Shown one piece after another: positions 39,901-48,103 of a stretch of 64,000 bases of DNA. Within the stretch, counting starts at the first letter, position 1. Each line of letters begins with the position of its first letter. The position numbers and the translations under genes were made by a program. The notes beneath the pieces are model-generated. The model saw only the letters and a list, made by a program, of their open reading frames with translations. It ran no database searches and was not told where the DNA came from. The stretch comes from Alphaproteobacteria bacterium. GTDB taxonomy: Bacteria > Pseudomonadota > Alphaproteobacteria > Bin95. Location of the stretch: the NCBI GenBank assembly GCA_964291285.2, contig OZ219786.1, positions 448,001 through 512,000 of the forward strand, in the 5' to 3' direction.

Positions 39901-41727
39901 GCCGACACCGCCCGGACCTTCGCCCATGCCGCCCACCGGGACATGCGCCGCGGCGGCGCCGATCGCGAACAGCGAAGCGCCCGCCACCTGGAAGGCGCCA
40001 GCACCGCTTCCGCCATTCAGGAACGCCAGGACGAGCTTCGGGCCGCCCACCGCCAGCTCATCGACGACGTCTATCGACATATCGTCTCCCTCTGCCCCGA
40101 CGACCACGTCTCTGCCGCGGATCCCAACCACACCGCCTCGTCCGACCGCGACCAGCTCCTCTCCCGCTTCGCGGGCGTCTTCAGAAGCCTCGAGCAGCAG
40201 GTCGACGCCGCCCTCATGCACGCCTCCCGGTCCGGAAAGGACGCCCGGAACATCGCGCAGCTGCGCGAGGCCGCATCCTGTCTCCGCGACCTTGCCGGCT
40301 ACGCCGAGCAGGCGCTCAACAAGCACACGAGCCGTCCACCCCACACCTGGACACCGAGGCGCACCACCCGGACAGCCGGCGAATGGCTCATGGAACGCCA
40401 GCGCCGCGCCCTTCACCGTCAGAAGGCCGAGACCCTCGCGCCGGACGGCCATCACGTCGCCATCGTCGGCGGCCGCCGCCTCAGCCGCCAGCACGCCGGA
40501 CGCATGGCCGAGCTTCTCAACCGCGAGCGCGCCGCCAATCCGGACAAGCCGCTCGTACTTCACTGCATTGCCCGGGAAGGCGCCGGCCACTTCGCTGCCG
40601 AATGGGCCGCATCCCACGGGGCCGCCTGCGTCACCCACCGCCCCGGGAGCTATGCCCCCCGGCACCTCAAGCGCCGCGACCATCTCCTGCTCGGCATTCC
40701 GCCGGACACCCTCTGGAATTTCGGCAGCGACGGCGATCACGAGCGCGCCGCCAGGATGCTCCTCGAGCGCGCGGCCGAGCAATGCCCCACCCTCCAGATA
40801 CGCGACATGGCTTCCGAACTGGAAGGACCGCTCTCCGGAGAGATTTCGATCTCCCCCCGCGAAGACATCCGCCGCGAATATCAGCGCATCCATCACATCT
40901 GGAAAAGGGCCCACGCCCTCGCCGTCGACGCCCCGATCATCTACCAGGAGGGAGTCATAGCGCTCCTCCCCGACATCAACACGACGCTCACCAGCCCCCA
41001 TCTCGCTGGCGGCGAGCGTCGATTCCTCACCTCGCTGAAGGAACTCATAGAAAGCGAAGACCGCCTGCGCGGCGACATCGCCAGCGCGATCGGCCGCGCC
41101 AGAGACCACCTGGCCTCATACGAGGCCATGCTGGAGCGCCGCGGCCCGCACCAGCCTGGCACGATCCTGAACGACGTCGATCCGCAATACCGCAGATGGG
41201 ACGTCCGGGCGGAAACGATCCTCAAGACCTTCGACAACTGGTTCGCGATCGACAATCCCGTCCACCGCGAACACATCGACCGACGACGCCTCGACCTCGT
41301 CGACCTCGCCGAGGAACTCCGGGCCATCCGCCAGGCAGCCCGCGACCCGCACGCCGATCTTCACCGGGTCGAAATACCACTCGATTCCGTCGGCGCCTCC
41401 GAGGACCAGCGCTTCGACCGCCGCCATTTCACCGAGCTCACCCTGAAGGCGCTGAAGCCCGAAGAGGAACGCGATCCGCAAGTTGTGGCCGAATTCGCGC
41501 GCTGGGCCCGCGCCTGGCCGGAGAAGGCCCTTTCCACCTTCCGCCACATCGTCGCCGAGGCCGCGCAGGCCAAGCAGCCCCTCGACGCCCAGCGCCTCGC
41601 CGCGAGCCTGCCGCCCCGCCTGGCCGCCGGCATGTCCCACATCAGCAAAGAGGTCTGGGGAAACCAGGCCAGGGCGATGATGCAGCGCCACGCCGTCCGC
41701 AACCACGGCATGGGCCTCGGCGCATGA
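36973..41727 (+). CDS. 1584-aa multidomain protein: two DUF2493/YspA-like SLOG domains, one DprA-like SLOG domain, and a C-terminal domain shared with the relaxase
   Basis: HIVIVGS..LHDRVPEMVLHYG..GIDAIVHRWA and HVAIVGG..GAGHFAAEWA; WAGIGARKTP..LSSGGARGADTAFAAG..LHARNV..VVCWT..GGTG; C-terminus aligns with the relaxase C-terminus. Confidence 0.75.
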   Translation: MSDIEGPASPATGTAGIMDHMTADARPSSREPDTRAPGDIESGRMGVDLLFEAIGAGLCPDDSILAPDRDRLLWNAVEQLRSHVGRLDSRLEHRLREPTPEQREERARDNESNAGDTDFLLADQAEATQAQLRILRDTLDHAMQRYGEAVGQPWIARHGTADPGPSAYGLGVQIDASTFFAARELWQPSPDTLTRVREAMEDADLKRAAVLAAAQNRDAPTRLQDLPFPYNVGEREPTAAAVTGMFQALSLIYPGGTQLQDERDAGCWRLVRMLDAGAARATEDALRRMTDHPALTPTPDPGAAASFDDGTRSSMLRVQMLSRAADAAGAVYQEITGDEWDRRDPAMTAAGGPRIRTSLTSRHYAAAQRVAALGHPTPHQLDGPHIVIVGSADLDMERNRRAVETQLERLHDRVPEMVLHYGARLRDRGGVDRQQGIDAIVHRWASGRGVPLIPNPPLWDAANNRFDLHGRDDAWIHMNPDLVVDFGGSGNAHRRFLSLVNRNRIELRTARTRSQARNREDISRTASETPQPSTSSHALRWAGIGARKTPAPVLADMTELARRMSDAGFHLSSGGARGADTAFAAGVPADRRSIWLPWAGYNDLRGPDCQTLPPERLQDCMDVAGRLHPNWDNCSPAVRALHARNVAILLGPDLDNPVDAVVCWTEGGRRRGGTGLGIRIAQDRNIPVINLATVSARQAWDTLQRLRQTPDQSHEAATAARDRADPEQRRALRRDRAVTRLHKMLRDHDIGNLPRFALAQLREENARAEAHERLDTMSRDELLDALDNIEDQTRQLRDRATPDGPTTPETIERDKRLAALEAAGDRIHAVLADKNLSALREQESPDTRLSSDERQEKATTQRRVLSIMVSAWRLAEEGPLAAQSNRIVKAAAQVFASRQTYLNGRLADETRIRSGLGLAHTPGSEEETLALASRGTGQNPGKDAEPFEHMLTDAEIRQKDEEYHALAMRSHRLDLMADTARTFAHAAHRDMRRGGADREQRSARHLEGASTASAIQERQDELRAAHRQLIDDVYRHIVSLCPDDHVSAADPNHTASSDRDQLLSRFAGVFRSLEQQVDAALMHASRSGKDARNIAQLREAASCLRDLAGYAEQALNKHTSRPPHTWTPRRTTRTAGEWLMERQRRALHRQKAETLAPDGHHVAIVGGRRLSRQHAGRMAELLNRERAANPDKPLVLHCIAREGAGHFAAEWAASHGAACVTHRPGSYAPRHLKRRDHLLLGIPPDTLWNFGSDGDHERAARMLLERAAEQCPTLQIRDMASELEGPLSGEISISPREDIRREYQRIHHIWKRAHALAVDAPIIYQEGVIALLPDINTTLTSPHLAGGERRFLTSLKELIESEDRLRGDIASAIGRARDHLASYEAMLERRGPHQPGTILNDVDPQYRRWDVRAETILKTFDNWFAIDNPVHREHIDRRRLDLVDLAEELRAIRQAARDPHADLHRVEIPLDSVGASEDQRFDRRHFTELTLKALKPEEERDPQVVAEFARWARAWPEKALSTFRHIVAEAAQAKQPLDAQRLAASLPPRLAAGMSHISKEVWGNQARAMMQRHAVRNHGMGLGA

Positions 41728-42065
41728 GCTACGAAGCCATCCCCGCCCCGTCCCCGGGCTACCGGCTCCAGGCCGACCGGTTCGCCGAGCGATACGGCGC
41801 CCACGACTCCTTCTGGCAGGACGTCGAGGCGCGCTGGCAGGCCGACGATGAGGAAAACCGCCTTCAGCTCTCCCCGATCTCGCGCACCGTCACATACGCC
41901 GACATGGACGGCCACGACCAGCTCACCGTCTCGTGGAAGGACGGTTCGGCCATCCTCGTCTCCTGTCTCGGCACCGAGGATGAAATGTGGGACTTCGCGG
42001 ACGGCAACCCGCGCGTCCGCGGTTTCCGGTTCGAACCCGGCCCAACCGGGGTCGATTGCGGATGA
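41724..42065 (+). CDS. Small acidic protein (113 aa) translationally coupled to the 1584-aa gene
   Basis: ATGA overlap at 41724; MSYEAIPAPSPGYRLQADRF.. Confidence 0.6.
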   Translation: MSYEAIPAPSPGYRLQADRFAERYGAHDSFWQDVEARWQADDEENRLQLSPISRTVTYADMDGHDQLTVSWKDGSAILVSCLGTEDEMWDFADGNPRVRGFRFEPGPTGVDCG

Positions 42066-42149
42066 GTGCCAAATGACACTCCAGGCGCCGATGGGGACAC
42101 ATACTCCTGACCGGCGAATACCGATGGCCCGATGACAGGCCCGGAAATC

Positions 42150-42187
42150 CCTGGCGCAGGATTTTGCCCCCTGCTACCAATGACCCC
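42150..42187 (-). mobile_element. Second Tn3-type 38-bp terminal repeat, same orientation as the first
   Basis: Minus strand GGGGTCATTGGTAGCAGGGGGCAAAATCCTGCGCCAGG; four differences from the copy at 36764. Confidence 0.75.
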
Positions 42188-42260
42188 CTGTCGGTCCTGA
42201 TCCACATTTCAGGCGTTCCTCCGGGCGCGGACGGCGTCAGCCGCCCGGTCCCTTCCGGTT

Positions 42261-42446
42261 TCAGCAGTCGTTGCCAGGCATGAGCCGCAGCGAGGTTTTC
42301 AGCGTCTCGCACAGATCATGCGCGAAGCGTTCCATGTCGATCAGCAGGCCCTTGTCGCCGGAGTGCCTGGCGATGTCGTTCAGCGTCTCGAAGGCGCAGG
42401 CGGCGCGCCGGGAGTCTGTCGCTGTCATTGTCGGTTTTCCGGTCAT
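42261..42446 (-). CDS. Small hypothetical protein (61 aa)
   Basis: GAAGGAGAGACG-ATG start context resembling that of the gene at 26712. Confidence 0.5.
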   Translation of the reverse strand: MTGKPTMTATDSRRAACAFETLNDIARHSGDKGLLIDMERFAHDLCETLKTSLRLMPGNDC

Positions 42447-42519
42447 CGTCTCTCCTTCCGGGCCGGTTCGCGCCACGGGGGCTTTCCTTCCGCTCCGGGT
42501 TCCTGGCCGTCCGGGCGTG

Positions 42520-43545
42520 TCACGGCGCCGGTGCTGGCGGGGCCGATGCGGGCAGCGCGGCCTGCCATGAGGCCGGCAGGGCGCGCAGCACGGCGCTGCG
42601 GGCGCGGCGCCAGAAGGCGGAGAGCAGCAGCAGCGCGGCGCCCGCGACCAGGATGGCGAGCGCGAGGCGGGACCCGACGGACTCCACCCCCCGGGTGAGG
42701 TCGTAGATTGCGGTCAGCAGGTAGGCGAGGGCCGCGAACAGCAGCGGGCGCCGGTCCACCGCCAGCGCGATGACGGCCAGCAGCGCGTAGAGCAGGGCGA
42801 CCGCGGCGGTCGGCCCGGGCGCGCCGCCGCCCTCGCCGACGAGCGAGAACGCCGGGTGGACGATGAGCGGCGCGGCCAGCAGGTGGAGCCAGAACGCGGT
42901 ATCGGCCCTGCGGGTGGCGCGCTCGCGGTCGGAGAGGTCCCGGCGCATGGCGAGGGCGAACACCCCGGCGCCGGCGAGGAACATGGCCGCGAGCACCGCC
43001 GCCTCCGCATGGGCCTCCGGGACGGCCGCGGCGGTCAGGGCCAGTGCAACCGCGACCAGCGCGCCCGCGCCGGCCGCCACCGCCGCCGGCACCCGGAAGC
43101 GCCGCCAGTGCAGGCCGGCCGCCAGCGCCGCGCAGGCGCCCGCCAGGGCGGCGGCCGGGTCCGCGGCATCGAGCCCGGCCGCGCCGGCGGCCTCGAACGC
43201 GGCCTGGAAGACGCCGCCGGCGAACCCCGCCAGCAGCAGCAGGGAGGGGAACGCCATGCGCCGGCGGCGGGTGAAATACTCCGCCAGCGCCCATGAGGCG
43301 AGCGCCACCGCCGCGCCGCCGAGGGCGGCATGCAGGCTGCCGGCGAGCCAGGCCAGGCCGGCCAGCGCCAGCGCCGCGGCGGTCCCCGTGAAGATGTCGT
43401 TGAAGCCGGTCACGAGGCGGACGTGCTCCTCGCCGCCGACCGGCCCCGCGCGCGCCCGGGCCACATGCGCACGGAACGCAAGTGCGGCCTCCGGCGCGAG
43501 CGCGCCGTCCCGGACCGCCGCGTCGATCTCGGCATCGCTGTACAT
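42520..43545 (-). CDS. Polytopic membrane protein of a conserved proteobacterial family
   Basis: MYSDAEIDAAV, EEHVRLVTGFNDIF, WALAEYFTRRRRMAFPS, DTAFWLHLLAAPLIVHP, ALAVDRR; many TM helices. Confidence 0.8.
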   Translation of the reverse strand: MYSDAEIDAAVRDGALAPEAALAFRAHVARARAGPVGGEEHVRLVTGFNDIFTGTAAALALAGLAWLAGSLHAALGGAAVALASWALAEYFTRRRRMAFPSLLLLAGFAGGVFQAAFEAAGAAGLDAADPAAALAGACAALAAGLHWRRFRVPAAVAAGAGALVAVALALTAAAVPEAHAEAAVLAAMFLAGAGVFALAMRRDLSDRERATRRADTAFWLHLLAAPLIVHPAFSLVGEGGGAPGPTAAVALLYALLAVIALAVDRRPLLFAALAYLLTAIYDLTRGVESVGSRLALAILVAGAALLLLSAFWRRARSAVLRALPASWQAALPASAPPAPAP

Positions 43546-43565
43546 GCGCCAACCTCCCGCGGACC

Positions 43566-44996
43566 TTACCTGGCCCGCACCTCCAGCGCGCAGTCCGTGC
43601 GCCCCGCCCCGGTCGCATGCGCGCGCCGGTAACATTCCACGAGGGCGGGCCCGTACTGCTCCCAGACATGGTCCTTCCACCCGCCTGTCGGGTCCGCCCG
43701 GGGCAGCACCTCGATCCTGCTTTGAAGCCCGCCTCCCACCACGACACCGGCAAGCAGCGCCGCCAGGATCAGCGCAACCGACGCCAACCGCCTCCGCCGG
43801 TCGCGCCGCCCATCCATTGCAGCAATCTCGACCGAACCCGAAATCGCCTCCAACTGCGGACTCATCCTCGCGCCCCACGCCTCGATGCGGTCCAGCATGC
43901 CTCGCACCCCCTCTACGCTTTGCGCAAGCCCCGCCACAGTTTCGTCCTTCAGACCGCTTGCTTCCCTTGCCTCCGTTACTCTCTCCAACGCCACCGACCT
44001 CCGGCCCTCCAACTCGTCGTCATCCGACAGCGCCCCCCCACCGTCTTCCTCCGTCCTGTCCGCATCTCCACCACCCGGCGCTTCCTCGGGCTCGCGACCC
44101 GATTCATCCTTCCCGGCTTCAGCCGGTTGCCGCTTCGCTCGTCCGGCCTCGACCACCTTCCGCCCGAGCCCCAACGCCGCGCCGGCCGCGCCCGCCACAG
44201 CATCCCGCACACGCTCCACCCTCTCCGGCCGCTCCTTCCCTGGCCTCTCGCCCCCGCCTGCCGAATGCTCGCCCTCGGCCAGCCGAGAGCCCCGTTCATC
44301 CGGCTCGACCCATCCTCCACCATCCGCAGGCCGGGCCTCCGCCTCCTCCCCATTCGAACCTGCCGGCCCAACCTCTTCAGGCCCTGAAGCGACCGCCTCG
44401 TCATCCATTCCCTCACCGGTTGCCCTGCCGGCTCCCGCCACGACGCCGTCCAGTGTCCTGGCGAGCAATTTCTCATGTTCTTCCGTATCCGCAGTCCCGA
44501 CGGGCTCGCGGGCGCGCTGTTGGCCGCCGATCCAGTTATCCAGCTCCAGGTCTTCCTCCTCCAGGTCCTCGCCTTCGCCATCCGCCCCCACCTGCAGGAT
44601 TTCGCCGGTTTCAGGGTTCATCACTTCCCCTTCAGCCAGCGCGACCGCCGGCGCCGCCTCGCTCCGGACACCCGGCTTCACGCCCGGCTCTCCAACCTCC
44701 GCCGGCGCCGGCGTTTCATCCTGTCCGACCGATCCTCCTCCCAGGAGACGCACGGCCTCGGCCCGCGCATTCTTGAGGCTCATATCCTCACAGCGCCCGA
44801 TCGTCACTCTTCGCTCTCGAGTCTTTCCGTCGCTCGCAACCACCCCGTGCCGGACGATCCACGACTTGGTCCCTGAAGGAAAAACCCTTACCCCGAATCC
44901 GGGCACTTCCTCGTCCCAAACGAACAGGTCCTTCTCCCCAGGCTCCAGCGCCGCCACACTCTCTTTATCCAATGCAAGCCTCGTTGCCACATTCAC
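43566..44996 (-). CDS. Integrase arm-type DNA-binding domain fused to an acidic linker and C-terminal membrane anchor; no catalytic domain
   Basis: FVWDEEVPGFGVRVFPSGTKSWIV..RRVTIGR..MSLKNARAEA; RRRRLASVALILAALLAGVVVGG TM segment. Confidence 0.7.
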   Translation of the reverse strand: MNVATRLALDKESVAALEPGEKDLFVWDEEVPGFGVRVFPSGTKSWIVRHGVVASDGKTRERRVTIGRCEDMSLKNARAEAVRLLGGGSVGQDETPAPAEVGEPGVKPGVRSEAAPAVALAEGEVMNPETGEILQVGADGEGEDLEEEDLELDNWIGGQQRAREPVGTADTEEHEKLLARTLDGVVAGAGRATGEGMDDEAVASGPEEVGPAGSNGEEAEARPADGGGWVEPDERGSRLAEGEHSAGGGERPGKERPERVERVRDAVAGAAGAALGLGRKVVEAGRAKRQPAEAGKDESGREPEEAPGGGDADRTEEDGGGALSDDDELEGRRSVALERVTEAREASGLKDETVAGLAQSVEGVRGMLDRIEAWGARMSPQLEAISGSVEIAAMDGRRDRRRRLASVALILAALLAGVVVGGGLQSRIEVLPRADPTGGWKDHVWEQYGPALVECYRRAHATGAGRTDCALEVRAR

Positions 44997-45057
44997 CTCC
45001 CCTTACAACGCCGCACGCTCCACGAAGCCGCGCTCGATTCCTTGGGCTTTCCCCGCC

Positions 45058-45537
45058 GAGCGGCCGGAGCCCCTTGGATGTCGCAGCGCTCCCCACGCAG
45101 CGGCCGGAGCACGGCCGAGCCGTCGCGGATGTCGCGGAGCGGCCGACGCGCGGCCGAACCGTCACGGATGTCTCGGATGTCCCAGAGCGGCCGACGCACG
45201 GCCGCACTGTCACGGATGTCTCGGATGTCCCAGAGCGGCCGGCGCACGGCCGAACCGTCACGGATGTCCGGGGGGTCGCTGAACGGCCGACGCACGGCCG
45301 CACTGTCACGGATGTCTCGGATGTCCCAGAGCGGCCGGCGCACGGCCGAACCGTCACGGATGTCCGGGGGGTCGCTGAACGGCCGACGCACGGCCGAACC
45401 GTCACGGATGTCTCGGATGTCCCAGAGCGGCCGGCGCACGGCCGAACCGTCACGGATGTCTCGGATGTCCCAGAGCGGCCGGCGCACGGCCGAACCGTCA
45501 CGGACGTCGCGGAGCGGCCGAAGCGTCGCGGATGTCG
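45058..45537. repeat. 48-bp tandem repeat array
   Basis: Unit GAGCGGCCG(A/G)CGCACGGCCGAACCGTCACGGATGTCTCGGATGTCCCA starting at 45137, 45185, 45233, 45281, 45329, 45377, 45425; shorter degenerate units on both sides. Confidence 0.95.
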
Positions 45538-45645
45538 TAGGCCTTCCCCACCGAGCGTCCGGAGTGGCCGGGCCTCCGCAGGACCGCGGCGCATTCCGTG
45601 GGGTGCTCCTGCCGAAGAACACCGCTCTCCACACGACGCCTCCCT

Positions 45646-47682
45646 TCAAGCCTCCACAGCCGGCGCCGGGATCCCATACTGCCTTCGGATCTTCTCGACT
45701 GCCCGCCCAAGGTCCCGCCCGAAGCGCTCCTCTTCCGAAATCTCCTCGCCCCGCCTCAGCAGCCCGGCCGCCTTGAGCTTCCGCTCCACATACGGGTTCG
45801 GGTCGGCGAAGTCCCTGGTCTGGCGGTGCTTCCAGTATTGCGTATTCCGCAGCCGCATCGCATCGCGCGGAAAGTCCTTCGAGGCCGCGACGACATACTG
45901 CTCGTCCGGCTTCATCATCATCAGGTCCTCCGGCCTGACGATCCTCTCCTTCACCAGGTTCCTGCTGTCCCCGACCGTCACCTTGTTGGCCGAGAACAGG
46001 ACGGACCGGCTGATCGGCGTCCCGGACGAGGTCTGGGTGTAGCCCTCGAAGGTGCCGTGTCCGATGGCCTTCGACATCTCCTCCGCGCCGGCCGCATCCG
46101 CGCGCGACCAGCCGAGGACCTGCACGAGCTCCGAAAGGTCGACCATCTCCTGCCGGCGCTGCTTGCCCCAGCTGCCGTCGATCGCCGAAAGCGACTGCGC
46201 GAATGTCCAGAAATGAACGCCTCTCCCGGCGCCCATCCTCCAGGCGTCCATGACGGGCTCCAGATATCCGACCGCCGGCATCTCGTCCATGACGATCAGC
46301 ATGTCCTTCTTCAGGGACCGTCGCGCGGCCACCGCAAACGGAATCGTGATCCACAGCCTCAGCCACGGCCGCGCCGCCCTCAGAACCTCTTCCGGCACCA
46401 CCACGAACAGGTCCATGTTCCCGTCCGCCAGCTCGTGCGGATCGAAACTGCTCGTCGCGGTCTGCGCCCGGATCTCCGGATGCGCCAGGAACTGCAGCTG
46501 GTTGGCGATCGTCGTGTAGTTGGACCCCGACTCCTGCGCACTGACGGCCATTTCGGACTCCACCGCCCGATGCGCGACCCCGCCTGCGAACATCTCCGTC
46601 GCCAGAATCTGCCCCATCAACTCCGCGCGCCGGTCCGGGCCCGCCGACAGGTTCTCGAAGACATGCGCCATGTTCCTGTCCGCCCTGTGCGCCCGATACG
46701 CCGCCCATGCGATATGTCCGGAGACCAGCCGCCTCGCACTTTCATGGAAATGACGGCTGTTGCCGGCATCCGTCGCCGGCGGCGTCAGCAACGCCTGGAC
46801 GAGCGTGTCGATGTCCTGGACCGCCTTCTCCTCGCCTCTCAGGAAATCGAGCGGGTTGTATGTGTGGCTCTTCACCGCCGACGGCAGATAGCAGTGCGGA
46901 TGCTGTTCGCGATGCCGGCCGATCACGTCATAGGGGTCGAGCAGCACGACCTTGCGGCCGAGCTGGCGGCGGCGCCGCGCGACGATGCAATAGAGCTCCC
47001 CCCGGGGGTCGATACATACCGTCGAGCCCTGCCAGCCCCGCTCTCCGGGCGCGAGCATGTTGGAAGCTATGAGCGCGCCCTTGCCGGTCCGCGGCGGCGC
47101 GATCGTCATCGCATGGCCTTCCAGGGGCCAGACGGCGAGCGGAGCTCCGTTACCCGGCCCTGTCTGTCCGAGGAGGATGCCGTCCTTCCGCTGCCCGAGC
47201 CTGCGGAGGTGACGCCGTCCCATGAGCTTCGAGGCGCCGTGGAGTTCCGATTTCGAGCGCCGGCGTTTCGAGAGGCGGCCGGCGCCGGTCAGCCCGGTCA
47301 GCATGGCCGTGAGCCACAACAGGGCGAATACCGGCGCCGCGGGAATCGGCGCCACGAGGCGGAACTTGTCCACCGCCGTCCCTTCGTCGACCAGTGCCGT
47401 GAACCCGGCCAGGTCGCGGGCGAGCACGAACGCCATGTGGTCGAGCAGGAGGGTCATGCCCGCCACCGCCGCGGTCGGTCCCCAGACGCCGATCTTCCAG
47501 CCGAGCCCGCCGCGCTTCAGGTCGGTGAACATGAGCACCGCGAAGGAGGCGGCGACCATGCCGGCGAGGACCCAGCCCCGGATCTCCGGATCGGGCCGTT
47601 CGGTCCAGAGCCAGTATACGGCCGCCCACCCCGGTATGCCCGTCGCCAGCGCCAGCCCCAGATGGATTGCGAATCCGTGCAT
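45646..47682 (-). CDS. virD4: Type IV coupling protein, VirD4/TraG family
   Basis: N-terminal TM helices, SELHGASK, TIAPPRTGKG, CIDPRGEL, YNPLDFL, VMDEMP, FAQSLS; AAAGGA RBS. Confidence 0.9.
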   Translation of the reverse strand: MHGFAIHLGLALATGIPGWAAVYWLWTERPDPEIRGWVLAGMVAASFAVLMFTDLKRGGLGWKIGVWGPTAAVAGMTLLLDHMAFVLARDLAGFTALVDEGTAVDKFRLVAPIPAAPVFALLWLTAMLTGLTGAGRLSKRRRSKSELHGASKLMGRRHLRRLGQRKDGILLGQTGPGNGAPLAVWPLEGHAMTIAPPRTGKGALIASNMLAPGERGWQGSTVCIDPRGELYCIVARRRRQLGRKVVLLDPYDVIGRHREQHPHCYLPSAVKSHTYNPLDFLRGEEKAVQDIDTLVQALLTPPATDAGNSRHFHESARRLVSGHIAWAAYRAHRADRNMAHVFENLSAGPDRRAELMGQILATEMFAGGVAHRAVESEMAVSAQESGSNYTTIANQLQFLAHPEIRAQTATSSFDPHELADGNMDLFVVVPEEVLRAARPWLRLWITIPFAVAARRSLKKDMLIVMDEMPAVGYLEPVMDAWRMGAGRGVHFWTFAQSLSAIDGSWGKQRRQEMVDLSELVQVLGWSRADAAGAEEMSKAIGHGTFEGYTQTSSGTPISRSVLFSANKVTVGDSRNLVKERIVRPEDLMMMKPDEQYVVAASKDFPRDAMRLRNTQYWKHRQTRDFADPNPYVERKLKAAGLLRRGEEISEEERFGRDLGRAVEKIRRQYGIPAPAVEA

Positions 47683-47705
47683 TGCCTCGTCCTTTCGTCA
47701 GGGGC

Positions 47706-47966
47706 TCACGCGTCTTGCGGGCCGTCTCCGGGCTCCCGGCGTCTCGTGCCGCGCTGCATTTGCCGGAACGCGCGCCTCGCCAGGGCGGCGCCGGTCCCGA
47801 TGCTCCCGATGCCGGAGGGCCATGCCGCCATGCCGCAGGCCAGCGCCATCCGGATGCGCTCGCAGGGATCGTCCGGCACCGGCCCCATGCAGTCGACCGG
47901 GCGGAACTCGACGAGGCCGGTGTCGCTCCGCCCCGGCGGAGGCAGCCGGTCGGATCGTTCGCTCAT
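47706..47966 (-). CDS. Possible small hypothetical protein
   Basis: GGAGAGG upstream of ATG (MSERSDRL..); fills the gap between dotA and virD4. Confidence 0.3.
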   Translation of the reverse strand: MSERSDRLPPPGRSDTGLVEFRPVDCMGPVPDDPCERIRMALACGMAAWPSGIGSIGTGAALARRAFRQMQRGTRRREPGDGPQDA

Positions 47967-48103
47967 CGGGCCTCTCCCGTGAATTTCCCTGCACGGCCGG
48001 TTCCGCGCATCCGGTGCATTGGCTCCGGCGTCTCCGGCGCCAGTACCGGACCCGTTCCTGCCCGGCGGTGCGCCTGTCGGGCATGGCGGCGGCGCTCCCT
48101 TCC

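Noticed and set aside
43566-44996. Functional tyrosine integrase
   Set aside because: No core-binding or catalytic R-H-R-Y domain
45058-45537. CRISPR array for the orphan cas3
   Set aside because: Units are contiguous near-identical copies with no unique spacers; this is a tandem repeat
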